From Camelus dromedarius (taxonomy: Eukaryota): 64,000 bases of DNA. The position numbers and the translations under genes were made by a program. The stretch covers positions 57,662,001 through 57,726,000 of the forward strand of contig NC_087437.1 of assembly GCF_036321535.1 (NCBI RefSeq), given 5' to 3'. Positions 38,201 through 52,135 of the stretch are shown piece by piece. Position 1 is the first letter of the stretch. Every line of letters begins with the position of its first letter. Under the pieces are notes generated by a model, which saw nothing but the letters and a program-made list of their open reading frames with translations, had not been told where the DNA came from and ran no database searches.

Positions 38201-39696
38201 CATTATCAACTAGGAAAGGGGGGAACAAAAAAGTGAAACAGCTTGGCTGGGCTATAAGCTAGTAAAGGGAATGACCAGGATTTGAACCCAGGAAGTCTGG
38301 ATCCAGCCTCTTACTAACGGATCAGTCACCTCCCTGTGTGGTGTTGGTGGCAGTGGGAGGAGGAGGAGGAATGGGTGGCGTGTTGGTGACGGTTGCTGTA
38401 GCTCTTCTTTTTTGTCCCCTATGAAAAGAAAAGATATAGCTGGGCTGAGTGGGAAAAGCTGATATGAAGAATGTTCTCAACCAAGAGCAGCTGGGAGCTT
38501 TTTCCTTCCAAATAGCTGGGGACGTGCACGAACTGGGAGATTGGACTGAGAAAAAGTCATATCACACCTTAAGATTTAAGTTTTCCAGCATTTACTCCTT
38601 ACCAAAATCCTGTGGGACAAGCATGACAGAGATTACTATTACACTATTACGGAACAAAACATTGACAGAGGAGTAAATTCAGTTAGTCAGGATCATAGCT
38701 AATAAGTGATGAAGCTAGGACTTAAATCTGTTGGCTTCTAACGAGATGTCCTCTCCACTCTGTCTCACTGGTTCTAAGGCCCCTTTCCAGGTCTGCCAGT
38801 TTCCTCTGATCCACTGAATTCATCTTTCTCTCGCTATTTTTCCTTTTGGCTCAACCCAGAAATTCACCAAGGAGAGGATGCTCGCAGCTCTGAACTTCCT
38901 CTGATTTGCCTTACCAGGGTCTGCGGTGTGGCTCTGTCAGACAGAATGCTAACCAGCCAACATCGCGATGCCGTCCTGCAACCATCAACAAGTAATCCCC
39001 AATACTGACATCCCCATGAGCTCATAATCCTAACTGAGCCCTGTAATAGCACATCTCACTTCTACTTCCTTGAAAACTGCAAGCAAGACTTATTCTGCTT
39101 CAGAAGCAGTCAGGGCTAAATGTGTGTCTCACTGATTTTCTTCTTTGTTAGAGAGCCCCCTGTTGCATAATCTGTGTAATTAAAGTGTGGATGGCTTTAC
39201 TCACCAATTCTCCCAGAGCCAGTAAAATCTGGGTAAGACTTAAAAAGAATAACACTGGCAGTAGCCATAAAATGCCAACCTCTAATTTTCTTTTCAGAGC
39301 ATTCAATCTTAGGGAATCACTGGAATAAGTAAGTATCTAGAAGTGCAGCTTAACACAGCTTTAAGTCACGAAGTTCTGGGGTTTTGCATTTTAATGAACA
39401 ACGGCTGGTCGCTTATTGAGAGAGCCTGGGCAAACAACTTAACCTTTTTGTTCTTTAGGATCCTTTAGAAAATGAAAGAAGAAATTTAGATACAGAATCA
39501 CGAACATAAGAACTGGAATGGAAGGAACCCTATGAATCATCCAGACCACTGCCCTCATTGTAAAGATCATGAAATTGAAGACTGAGGAAGATACAGGAGA
39601 GCTTAAATTACACAGTCACTGGTGACTTAAACTCAAAGACAGCTCAAGCTTCCTGACTGTAAGATCAGTAATCTCTGGTATAAGGTTTAATTTTTC

Positions 39697-39786
39697 TTTT
39701 TTTTTTTAAATGGCGGTATTGGGGATTGAACCCAGAACCCCGTACATGCTAAGTATGCACTCTGCCACTGAGCTATACCCTTCCCC
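39697..39786 (-). mobile_element. Short tRNA-derived SINE (camelid Vic-1-like)
   Basis: Reverse strand reads ggggaagggtatagctcagtggcagagtgcatacttagcatgtacggggttctgggttcaatccccaatacc plus poly(A); A/B boxes; exact 13-bp TSD ggtttaatttttc (39684-39696, 39787-39799). Confidence 0.88.
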
Positions 39787-42228
39787 GGTTTAATTTTTCA
39801 ATTAAAGATCATAACTTAGGCTTTATTTTAAAAAATAAAAATGACACAAATAGCATGATTCCCATTCAATCCTCACAACCACCAGTTATTTATTATTAAC
39901 AATATTATTATATGCCCGACTTACATATGCATAAACAGAAGCTCAGACCGCTGAGGCAGTGGGCTTAAGGTAACATTCCTGGTAAATGACGGCACTGGCA
40001 CTCTAGCTCTGATGTTCTACATTTGAAACCCTTTATTTCCTTCTTTGGACCTTTTCCTCACCGTGGAACTTTTAAACAGGCCTGTTTCAGGTAACATCAA
40101 ATGAACTATAAAATCTTCATTTAAGAATATTCATGCTTCCCCCCAATGCCTCCTAGTTAGCATATACAGCAGGCATTTCTTCCATCTTGCTTCACTGCCA
40201 ACTTCCCTTCATCCTCTTCATCCAACATCTATTTTCAGACAAAATAGGATTCTTTGGAACCACAGGCATTTCTCTTACTGGTTTATTTCACAGGATAAAA
40301 GACTCACAATTCTCTATTAACTACGGAAGCACCATCAAAATACAGAATTCTTTGTGATGCTAGTGAGAATTTTCTTCACCAGGTAGTTCTGATTGCAAAC
40401 CACCTGGTGCAGCGGACCAAGAACCCACATGAACGCGAACCTTGCCTGGGGATCTTCTCCACCAGGTAATTTCACGGCAGGCACTGCCTTTAATATATGT
40501 ATTAGATGATAGTCACATAAGTAATTTCTTTAATTAGATCAGCCCTTGTGCTTCTTTGGCTTCAAAGATTAAATTAAATGCAAAACTTCCAACTCATTGC
40601 TGGGGTATTCATTAGCCTGCAAGTCATCGTTAAAAAACATCCATAGCTTAGGGAAAATCTGTTGAAGAAATGAATTTGCCTGTGTCTTGAACATATGTAA
40701 TGTGAATCACGTACCAGGGGAGGGGAGTTGCCTTTTCTCTGTAACAACTCACCTCTAACGTGTGTATGTGTGTGTACAAAATTTTTAATTGCTAAAGTAA
40801 GGAGACTGGCCAGGAAGTGAAATAGGAACTACTGCCCAGTTTTCTACCAAAGCACTTATTTTCCTTTCCCTCTGTATCTACCCAGTGGCTCCATTTTTAT
40901 CTCTTCATACATTTTATCCATCCCTCCATCCTTCAGTCACTGGGCACTCATTGCATGCCAAACTGCTTAGCACATAGAGGACATAAAGAAAATAAAACAT
41001 TGTTTATTCCCTCAAAAAACTTAACTGTCCAGTGGATGAACCTGGTATTTTATGTGGTAATTGTGAGAATCAGGTACTTGCTAATGAGAGGTGGGCTCTG
41101 TGCAGAGATGTTCAGGAGAGAATATAAATATACCCTTCTCAGTTGGAAGAGACCTTGCAAGGTTTCAGCAGGAAGTGACAAGAGAACTGTCCAGTCTCAG
41201 ACCCTGTGTGTCCCGCACATTATTATATCTCCTGTGCTAAGCTCATGATCAACAAAACTAAACTGATCGAACAAAACAGTAAATAAATGAACAGTAACTG
41301 AAGAGTGCTGATAGTTCAATGGGTTCAGAAGATAAGACATATGAAGAAACATCGCAGAAATCAGTTTCCAAAAAAATGTTTGGTAGCACATCGCTAAGGA
41401 ATAGAATGTATTACTATGGAATTTGTGCCTCATCTTGAAAGCAAGAGAGCTATTGAAAGTTTTCTTAAATGACTCGGATACAATTTAATCAATAAAGTTC
41501 TGTACTATTGCATCTTTTAATAAAAGTGATTGGGTAACAAAAGTTAGTAGTAATCAGATCCAATTCATTACATTAAAATTTTATTATATTAAATTAAAAT
41601 TCAGTACATTAAAGTTATATAAGGATGGGAGTGTTTTACTACAGTTTTTTTCAATGGATATAAATAGCATAAGACAAAACTCTAAGACTAAGTCCCAAGG
41701 GGTTACACTTACACCAACTTAACAGTTCTCTACAAGTGCTGTTGAAAAATTCCAGGTGGCCACATTTCCCTGTTTTTATAAGTAGAAAAACAGGTATAGA
41801 TATCCCAAAGCTTTCCCAAGGTCACACACACAAAAACAGCACAAGACTAATAGTGGACGACCTGGAGTTAGTTCTGCTTCTACCATTAACTCATTTCTAC
41901 CATTAACTTGCACTAAGACCCTGGGCCTTTCTTCCCCTTTCTGGGTCCCAGTTCCCTTATCAATAAAAGAAAGGTGCAGACTGGTTCCCTCCATGGTCTG
42001 CTTTAGCCCTAAAGGGCTAAATTTCCAAACAAGTAGCTGAGATACGAACCACAGACATTGCCTCGGTCAGTTTCCACACTTAGCACTGCAGGAGGCTGGG
42101 ATATATTCTGCTGAGTGATGAACCGAACAGTATCTTCTTAGGAAAAAAAAATACATCCTCCTTTATGTTCATCAAAAAATGAACAAATAAAGCAACAGCA
42201 TACAAGATGAGGCAGGAAGTTTCAAAGA

Positions 42229-42561
42229 TGCTATGGTCTGAATGTTTGCATACCCCCAAAATTCCTATGTTGAAACCTGATGCCCAATGTGATGGTACCT
42301 GGTGGTGGGGCCACTGGGAGGTGATTATAACAGACACCCCAGAGAGATTCCTACCCTATTCCTTCTGCCTTGTGAGGTTGTAGCTAGAAGGCACCATCTA
42401 TAGCACCAACTAGAAAGCGGCTCCAGACACAGAATGTGCTGGCACCTTGAACTTGGACTTCCCAGCCTCCAGCACTGTGGGAAATAAACTGCTTCTGTTT
42501 ATAAGCCACCCACTTATAAGCTACAGTATTTTTGTTACAGAAACCCAAATGGACTAAGACA
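42229..42561 (+). mobile_element. MaLR solo LTR (MLT1A-like)
   Basis: tgctatggtctgaatgtttg...cccccaaaattcctatgttgaa...ggacttcccagcctccag...gaaataaa...ggactaagaca; clearly homologous to 870-1197. Confidence 0.88.
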
Positions 42562-45500
42562 ACTGAAAACAATTTAGACTTCAAACTTAGAAATCTGTGT
42601 AGCTATTCAATCAGATATTTTATACCCTAGAGATGACCCCATTTCAGAGGACAGCAATCCAGTATATATATTAATATTCCTTATTAACTTCTCAAATTAT
42701 TTCAGTAAAAAGTATAATACAAAAGAAAGATGTTAACACCCCAGTAACTATATTAAGAGATGGAGAGACACAGTGCACACACTTTCTTTTCTCTTTAGCT
42801 ATGTTTGAAAGAGAGACACTTATGTAAGAAGTATCAGGATTCAAAAGAGCCAAATGTCTCAGGAGAAGAGTGTTTGACTTGTCATCAGAATCCTGATTTT
42901 AAATTTTAATTCTTCAAATAGCTATAGAACCTTAGGTTAATTACTAATTTATCGTCTTTTAGCTTGGCAGTCACCTTGGAAATGGGAATAAAAGTACTTG
43001 CTAACACGATTATTTTGAGGAATAAGGGAGAAAATACTTAATTAAAGTAATTACTCGGCATGGTTCATGCCACATAGTAGGTGCTGAATAAATGGTAGCT
43101 ATTCTTATAATGATGCAGTTTACCTGGGACTCTCCAATAACGTCTGCAGAAAGCTATGAGAGTGGGTGAGAGTGAGTGTAAATATTTTGGCAGGATGCCT
43201 GTGGTAGTGTCTAAGATATTCCAGGCATTCAATCAACATAAAAACATTAATAACATTTTAAATCAGTATAGAATTTTAAAATCTATAATTTGTGTTATCT
43301 GGATGGAAAAAGAAACAAAATGTAGGGCAATCTGAAGTTAATTCTAATCAGTATGTGAACATTTTCTTCCTTTGGGAAACAAGCATGAATACGGGGATAC
43401 TGGTTCTCATACCATTTCATTTAGTGTCTCAGCAGTGTGTGTTTGTGACAGGAGATGTAAGCACCACACCGAGAAAAAATTTTTTTTCATGAGCAGCCCT
43501 GAAAGTGCACTCGCTGGTCCAGTCTTGACAGGTCATGACGGTAACTGAGGCTCAGCGGCAGGAGCAGAACCCTCCCGCGTTGCTGCCAAGCAGCAGAGAG
43601 ACAGCCCACCGGCCGACGGCGGTGACCACGGCCACCTGCGGGGTGGCAGGTATGGGAAACATGGCCTCTACTTATGCCTGATGCCATTTTAACAGATATC
43701 CCTGCTAATTCCTTTATAATCTGACCAGAATGCAAATCCAAGCCACTCAGGTTCCCAGCCACAGAGAAGGTGTCAGAATCTCAACTGTGCTTCTCCAACC
43801 GAGAACAAAAGGATGTTAATTTTGTAAAAAGTTGGGTCAAGTGGAAAATGTTGTCCTTTTTCAAGCCCTTCAAAATCCTTCACAACTGCAACTCCTCTTG
43901 GAAACTCCTAACAGGACATCCCCCGCTCCCGTCTTAGGAATGTCTAGGGCACTTTCTGGCTTTCTTGTAGCAAAGGCAAGGGAATCTGCCTTCTTCACTT
44001 ACAAGCGGGCATTCTCATTAAATACGTCTTGGAAGGAAGAAGCAGTGGAGGAAGGAGGGATGGAGGAGGAAAAAATGGTTCACATGTATAAAAATAAGAG
44101 GAACAAATTACTATGACTGAAAATAACCATCTGATAATAATGTTGATTTTTACACTTCTGAGTTGCCCAACAAATAATTAAGAGAGCACTCCCTTTAAAA
44201 ATGATGAAATATTCAGAATGTCAGGAATAAAAAAAGAAAAAGAAAAAATACACCACTTGGGATGTCATCAACACATAAAGGATCTAAAACCTGTCACTGA
44301 ATCTTCTCTTTCGTTCTCACAATTTAGCAGTGCCTGGGGAGATGGTAGAAGGAATTCCAAATCTCGGCTTAATTCCACACTTCCGGAACCTGGCCATGTT
44401 GTCAGAGTTTTGAAACAGTAAAACAGGACAGGAAAAATCATAGCCAATACCGGTACATTTTACAGACTCACAGGAAGAATAAGAAGGGATTTCAGGAATC
44501 AGTTATGCTAGCACTTTAACTTTAGCTGGAGAATCTGAGATTGTTCCTTTAAATATTCCGTGCATCCTGAAGCCTCCAGGACTCTGTAGGTGGTAATCCT
44601 TCTGCCTGGAATTATGTCACCTGTGTTTGTCCCAACTCAGATGTCACACTCTCCATGACATCTTCCCTGATTCTCTCAGTTAATTAATCCCCCTTCAAGC
44701 CTCTGGGGTCACTTTTATATACTTTCATTTATACACTGATATATGCTGGTTTTCCCAGCTAGACCATGAGATTCTTTGGGGCAGGAACTATGTTTATCTT
44801 GCCCACCCCCAAACTCCTAGCAAAATGCCTTAAAAAAAAAGTACAAATAGATATTGAATTGAAATATCCATGTTCACAGAAAGAGATGGGAGAAGAGGCT
44901 GGCATTAGGCTCACCTCTTCCTGGAGCCTACAGTACCTGATTCTTACCAATAAAACCCTCACGGACTTTTCACTGCGAATCATAAAACACAGCGACGCCT
45001 TCTTAAAGACAGGCTTGCAAGGGAAAACGAAAAGAGGAGGCTGTCTTGTCAGGGGAGCAGGGGAGGAGGTGGTCCTCTATAGCACAGTATCTTGGAAAGA
45101 GAAATGGACTGAAAGAAACAATGCTTTCTTTCTTCTCCTAACTCCCCTCTTTTTTTCCTCTCCTTACTCCCCGCCTTCCTTCATGGGCTCCTCCTCTGTT
45201 TCCTTTGGATAAAGATGAGGTATTAATAGCTATATCTTAAAAAGTTATGAAATCTCCACAATTTCTACATCCATTACTGCTTCTCCAGAACTGTTTGCTG
45301 GCACATTACCACACAGGCTGGGTGTACTTCCAAGAGTGGTATCATGGAAATAAGAAAAAAGAAAAGTTGGTCACATGTTGGTGTTTGCTGGTTTAAAACA
45401 CAATGTCTTATTATTTTTGATGAGGGTTGGCCTACACTTTGATGTCTGTTGAGCTTAACAAATGAGTTAAAATGGATAAGAATAGTTATGGGTATCTGCT

Positions 45501-45802
45501 AATGCCATTCTGAAAAAAAAAAAAAAAAGAGTGCTGACGTGCTGTGCAGAAAAAATTACCGAGGAAACAAATGAGGTGAAAGGCATTTAAGATATTCTTT
45601 GCAACAGGTAAACAAACCAGGAAACCTAGGTACAGATATTTCAGATGTCTCCTTCAAAGTCACACACAGTGGGTTTTCAATGGTGATAAAACAATGACCT
45701 CAGATGCCACCATACCATGTTTGTTAAATAGCCTTAGCAATTTTAAGACAAGCTCCTTTGGAGAGGTATTACAATTAATTGAAGAATCAGGCCTTCCTTT
45801 GC

Positions 45803-46283
45803 CCACTCATGTTCACAGCAGCTTTATTCACTGTAGCTAAAAGGTGGAGGCAACCCAAATGTCCATGGATGAATGAATAAACAAAATGTGGTATATACAT
45901 GTAGTGGAACATTATTCAGCCTTAAAAAAGGAAGCAAATTCTGACACATGCAATAACATGGATGAATCTTGAGAACATTACATCAAGTGAAATAAGCTAG
46001 TCATAAAACAGACAAAAACTGCACAGTTCCTCTCATAAGAGGCACCTGGGGTTGTCAAATTCATGGAAACAGAAAGTATGCTGGTGGTTTGCGGGGGAAT
46101 GGGGAATAGGGAGTTGTTGCTAAGTGGGTACAGAGTCTGAGTTTTGCAAGCTGAAGGAGTTCTGGAGTTCCACTTCACAACAATGTGAAAGGTCTTACCA
46201 CGACTGACCTCAACAATTTAAAATGGTAAAGAGGGTAAATTTTACATTATGTGTTTTTTATCACAATTGAAAATTTACAAAAA
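45803..46283 (+). mobile_element. Older L1 (L1MA/L1MB-like) 3' end
   Basis: catgttcacagcagctttattcac...caacccaaatgtcca...aaacaaaatgtggtatatacat...gggtaaattttacattatgtg; degenerate TSD (ggccttccttt / ggaccttcctt). Confidence 0.88.
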
Positions 46284-47374
46284 TAATAATTGGACCTTCC
46301 TTGAAACAAAATGCCTGCATCAATTTTGACCAACACACCTGCCATTTATTTTTCAGTTGTTACTCTAAGTTACCTGACAATGTACAAATATTTCTCAGAG
46401 TAATACAAAAGTTGGCTAGAAGGTGTTCACTTCATTTATTTAGCTCATGTTATGTGTAATGTAATGTATTTGGCTCTGGACGAAAGGAAGAAAAGAAGGA
46501 AAGCATTTCACTAACTACTATTTTTTAATATAAAACATTATCAGGAGAGCCGTCCTGGAAAGTCTTAGCACAAGGAAGGAAGGACGGGACTCACTCTGGT
46601 ACAGAATCAAGATAACTGCTTCGACTCTATGCCAGTATCCTGAAGCATATTTGTTATCTGAATATCTGAATTTCTGAAAGCCTGAGTTTTCAAACAGTAG
46701 TTGGGTCTCTGATCAACAGTAATAATTTCTAAATCCTGAGGTTGCCTGTCAGCCCGAAGCTAATTGGAGTCAAACCACTTCCCCCAAGCACCAAACATTT
46801 CATTTTTTTTCCTGAAGAAATCTTGTAAGCCAAAGGAATGAAGGGACAGCAATGACGTGAGTTATCTTGGGAACTCCGACACAAACGAGATCCAAATGGA
46901 GAAATTACTTGGATCACTCCAACAAAGGTGAACACGGCTTTTTACCACCCACAAGTAACTTCAGAGATAAGCTGCTCCTTACCCAGGAGCTGGGGTCTGA
47001 ATAGAGAAACTGGTGGCACCTGCAAGCAGTAGGTAGTAGGTGAAACCCTTCGATTTAAAGTTTGTATCAGGCTGATTTTCTTGGAAGTCAAAATAAGGAG
47101 CAGATTAAATCTTAGCTAAAGGGGAGAAGCAAAATGGCTTGGTTCCCTGATGGTAAAGCTGTATTAAGAGGAAAAAGGGTGAAGGAGAATTTTTAAAGTG
47201 TGTACTACTTTATCCCTGTAATTCTATTGCAAAGGTGTCTAGAAAACGAATAAAACCAAGAGGCCGTTTTTACACCATTATTCTACTTCCTATAATCAGA
47301 AATGACAAGAACAAGAGACAAATTTCAGTTCAAAATACAAAACTGCTGACAGGAAAACAATTCAGATAAAAATC

Positions 47375-47730
47375 ACAGAATCCTGGGGTAGGAAGGGCAA
47401 GCCATTCAACTCCTCATTGAGTGACAAGCCTTTCTTGAAAATCTCCACTGACAGACTGTCGCAGCCTCCTGGGACTTCTCCTTCATCTCGGGTCAGCTAT
47501 GACTATAAAAATGTCTTTCTAACATAAGAAGAAAACGTATCTCCCCTGGCCCTGGCTCCACCATCTGGGTGCACTCAGAATTAGCCTAGCACCTTCACCA
47601 CAGGGCAGCCTTTTAGATTTTTGCAGAGAGCAACGTTATCCTTTCTGTTTCTTCCTGTCTCTGTTAACAAAACATCCTCAGTTCCTTTAGCCGTTCCTCA
47701 CAGAATCAGTCGGTCCTCTCCTGCCTGAAT
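47375..47730 (-). mobile_element. CR1/L3-like LINE fragment
   Basis: acagaatc...ggaaggg...cagggcagccttttagatt...aacatcctcagttcctttagccgttcctca resembles the reverse complement of a CR1 3' region. Confidence 0.55.
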
Positions 47731-48834
47731 GCACCCTGGTTTTCAATACTTTTCCTACTTTAACATCTCTGTCACTTCTAAATTAGAAGTGAGGTCTGAG
47801 TTCGAGTCAATTTCAGCTCCACTCATTAAAAAATGGCTTAAAATATTTTTGACTTCATAAAGGCTATAAATTACTTACTTGTGTGCATTTCCACAGAGTA
47901 TTACTGTAAAATGTTACTTAATCTTTTTATTACCTAGAAATGTTGGTGAAACATTAAACTCATTCTGTCACCTTGTCCCGTCACCTATCAGGTAAAAGCA
48001 TGTACCTCCACTTGGCCATCAAACAGGAATGTTGGGCGTTCTCTTTGACTCTAACCTCTCCTTCACACACCCCAAGCACAGCACACACACATCTGCACAC
48101 AGGCACACCTTGCTGGAGATCATCCCCACAAGGTCTCCCTGTTGCCTCCTTTCCATTTCCATTGCTATTTTCTCATCCAGGCTTCCATCAGCTCAGCTGG
48201 GCAGTCCCACAGACCAGGTCTGCCTGCCCACAGTCTCTCACCTTTAGTTCCCATTCTTCAAGGGACTTATTTCAACAACCAACTTTCAATGTTTACTGAC
48301 AATATGCTCCAGGCCCTACTTCAAGTGCCAAGAGATACAAAAATGAACGATGGTCTCTGTCTCAAGTAATTGAGAGTCTAATGCAGGGAACAGGACTTAA
48401 CTGTACTATGGGGTGGTATAAACAAAGTTGATCTTGCTCAAAGTTCCGTAGGAATCATGATTCAGACGGAGGAAGGGATGTCAGCAAAGCTAGACCTTAA
48501 AGAACTTCTTCTACACGTTCTAAAAAATACAACTTAAAGTGAGCTCTTCTTAGGCCATGTTTTCAAAAGGCGAGACCAGAACTGGCTAGGAGGAGGGAGG
48601 CAGGCATGGCAGGTAAGAGGTAAGAGGGGTTTGATCATTTTAGAAAACAATCTGGAATACGTAAGAGATTTTGTGAAAAGGTTAACAACCTATATATCCA
48701 AAAAAAAAAAAAAAAGTAAAAAATGAAAGAGGTAAAAAGAATGTTAAATACACAAAGAAATACCAAGCAATCTTTAAAAAGCACATCATCAAATAAAATA
48801 AAATAAGGAAATAGAATACAGTATTAAGAGAAAA

Positions 48835-49150
48835 TGCGGAATACAAAATTTTACAATACATATGATCTCAATTTCAGTTAGAATCCCTATGTATTGCACA
48901 CATATGCCCATGTATGAGAATTTACATGTGAGTTTACATACAGGAAATATGTGTCTCTGTTATTATGTAGACGTGTACAGAGAAAATAAAATCTTATATA
49001 AATATATGAAGAACAGATGCACAAACAGTAAATATCTACAGTGCCTATCTCTATTTCGTAAATTTATGAAAGATTTAAATTTTCTTCTTTAAGTTTTTAA
49101 TATTTTCTACATTTTCTATAATGAACAAGTTATAAAATTATAACCAGAAA
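48835..49150 (+). mobile_element. Ancient L1 (L1ME/L1MC-like) 3' end
   Basis: atacaaaatt...tatgatctcaattt...gatttaaattttcttcttt...tattttctacattttctataatgaaca. Confidence 0.55.
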
Positions 49151-50964
49151 TGTCTTTCTCCAATATACATTATTTTTAAATAAGAAATAAGACTCACTGG
49201 GATGAACAGATAAGAGTGTAGGAGTGGAGAATGGCTTCTGTGCAAAGAGAACCTTACGGACAAACAAGAAGGAGCACGGTATGTGGAGGGGGGTGCCCTG
49301 TGGTCCATAGTATCTGAAAAGAATTGAGTAAATTACTGAACATTGATTGTTTAAATTTCAAGTAGGGAAACTGGCATCTCTTTCATGGATTTTTTTTCAT
49401 GGAATTTTTAAAATGTCCATTCTAATCAAAAGACAACAGTGTTCACGAGAAGAGGGTCATGATTCCCATCGTTAATCAGATACCGTGGAGTGAAGGCATG
49501 GTTGTTAGAGGTAAAAATTGCAAATTAAACATGAAGTTTAATCCTTAGGAGTCCACAATAGGATCCAAAGAAGATCTGTGTTACCACCAGGAAATAAAAC
49601 CATTTTCAATATGTAATAGATTCCTCACTGTCCTCCTTAACTCCATTTCTTGTTTGAGTTTATGAGTTTATACACTGATTCATTCCATAAATATTTCATG
49701 ACCAGGGCTCAGCATTGCATGAAGTGCCAGAGATCCAACTGTGCACCAGACAGAGCAGCCCTGCTCTCCTGTCATTTACATTCTCTTTACCGGCCTTCCT
49801 TCCCCAGCAGACAGTATTCCTAAAATTCTGTTTTGGTCACATTGCTCTTATGTCCAAAGAACCATAATTTCCTCCGGGATAATATCCAGCCTTTCACATC
49901 AGAGCGATGAGATGGGAAAAGCGCAAAGAACCAGAAGGTCTACAGAACATCTAACTCTTTTCCAAGAGGAAAGTCACCATCAACGAGCCTCCGTTGCCTG
50001 ATTATCTGTAAAAGGGAAATAAGAGCATGTTCCTTGCTTTCCTCCTGGGGTTGGTATGAGAGAACGGATAAAGGGCTCTAAGCTACAAAGCACTAAGTCA
50101 TTTTTGGCTCACAACACTGTGTTCAGGTAAGCCCCACTATTCTTTTCTCCTCGCCAGACAGCATCCTCCTTCCAACGTACACCCTCTCTTATGTTAGTCC
50201 CTCCATCTGGACGGGTCTCCTTTCTTTCTGCCCATTGAGATCACAAAGGCCACTTCTTCCAAAACCCACCCCCTCCATGAAGCCTTTCCTAACACCTCCA
50301 AGGAGGAAAAATAAATACAAAATATCCAGTGGTGTAATGCTACCCTCCACCAAAGCAAAACAAAACAAAGCCAAGTCTGGGTTTTTGTTTGTTTGCTTGC
50401 TGCTTTTATTTCGCTCATATGTGAGACATCCTCTAATCTGCATCTGCCATCACTGTGTTGTTCAAAGGGAAAGGAGTCTTGTTTGCTGTTGTACTAGGAA
50501 GGACACTGAAGAAGGAAGTGATTTTAAACTTTCCTTCTTTGAATAATAATCTGAACTCGGAAATTAAAAAAACTGTTCTTGGAAATGTTGTGAAAAAGGG
50601 ACTCCCAAATTGGAAGTTGCTTTAGTGATCATCACTGTAATTAATGAGAGGCATCCAATAAACTTCACGTAATTAAATGGATCAGGGCTGCATATGAAAC
50701 AAGTTTACAGTACAGTGAAAATGACTCAGTATCCAGAGAGATTTCCATAAATATTGTCAAATTAAACGGCAGGCATTTCCCTCCACCCTGCATAACCCTC
50801 ACTTTCTTTAAAAGGTCTTGAGACCTAAAAATAAGGCCCAGCTTAAATTTAACCTCATCCCAGAAACCTCCCAAATCCCCCAATCAAGGACAATCCTTAC
50901 TTTCCTTGTGCTTCTGCAGTACTTTGGACAGCCTATATACGATAGCCTATAAAATCTGAGTTTC

Positions 50965-52135
50965 AGGCAACATGATTTATATGTAGAATTTTTTTTAAAT
51001 CTATAGATAAAATATTAGAATTGAAAGATCAGTTTAGTAAGGTTGCTGATTACAAGGTGATTATAATTGCATTGTATTTTAATATACTAGCAACAAATAA
51101 TTGTAAAATAAAATTTTAAGAAACAATACCATTTACAGTATCACCAAAAATACATCACATACTTATGGAAAAAACGTTAAAAAAAAAAAACAAACCCTCT
51201 ACATAGGAAACTACAAAGCACTACTGAGAGTAATTACAGATCTAAATAAATAGAGAGACATATCTTGTTCATGATTTGGAAATCTCAATACTGAAAATAT
51301 GTTGATCTACAGACCCAAAAAAAAAAATCAGAATCAGAATCCTAGAAGGAATTTGCAGCAATAGTAACTTACTAAGAGGAGATACAAGTGAAAAGGACCA
51401 GGAATAGATAAGAAAATCTTGAAGAAAAAGTTGGGACACTTTGACATTACAAAATGAAAATATCTATCATAAAGGTACAGTGAATAAAAGAGTGAGGCAG
51501 TGGTGCGAGTACAGACAAACAGACAAGTTGAACAGTCCATAAACACCCCCAAACATCCAAGGGCACCTGGTTTATGACAAAGGTGACACTGAAATGCAGA
51601 GGAGGAAGGAATGGGCTTTTTTTTTTTTTAACATTTTTTATTGATTTATAATCATTTTACAATGTTGTGTCAAATTCCAGTGTTCAGCACAATTTTTCAG
51701 TTATTCATGGACATGGGCTTTTTAATGAATGGATCTAGGTCATTTGGATATCTGTGTTGCAAACAAACATGTCTTAATCCCTACCTTACATCATGTGCAA
51801 AACTCAATCCGAAAGGAATTTTAAACGTAAATCTGAATGGTAAAACAGTAAAACTCTAGTACACAGTAACTCTTAGATGGATACCCTCATGACCTTTGGT
51901 AAGTAAAGATTCCTAAAATAGGACACAAAAAGCACTGATCATATGAAAAAATATTGCTAATTGAATTTTACTAAATTTTATGATTTAACGTTCATCAAAT
52001 GTTTATCAAAATTCCGTATATCACAACGTAACTTATGTTCATCAAAAGGCATTACTAAGTGACTAAAAAAGGCAAGCCACTGAGTGGGAGGAGATATTTG
52101 CAATACATATATATCTGACCGAGAACTTTCAGCAT
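50965..52135 (+). mobile_element. Ancient degenerate L1 ORF2 fragment
   Basis: catgatttatatgtagaa...tttagtaaggttgctg...aataccatttaca...ctaaataaatagagagacata...tttatgacaaaggtgacact...ggcaagccactgagtgggaggagatatttgcaatacatata. Confidence 0.85.
51622..51712 (-). mobile_element. Young 5'-truncated L1 3' end nested in the ancient L1
   Basis: Reverse strand: gtccatgaataactgaaaaattgtgctgaacactggaatttgacacaacattgtaaaatgattataaatcaataaaaaatgtt plus poly(A); exact TSD atgggcttttt (51611-51621, 51713-51723). Confidence 0.85.

Noticed and set aside
39711..39786. tRNA gene call (also 55340-55414 and 57508-57586)
   Set aside because: Poly(A) tails, TSDs and mutual divergence mark these as SINE retrocopies, not functional tRNAs.
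44766..45212. 148-aa ORF (also 58144-58584, 61862-62299, 4464-4844, 8090-8461)
   Set aside because: No recognisable homology or exon structure; lengths expected by chance in 64 kb; some overlap decayed repeats.
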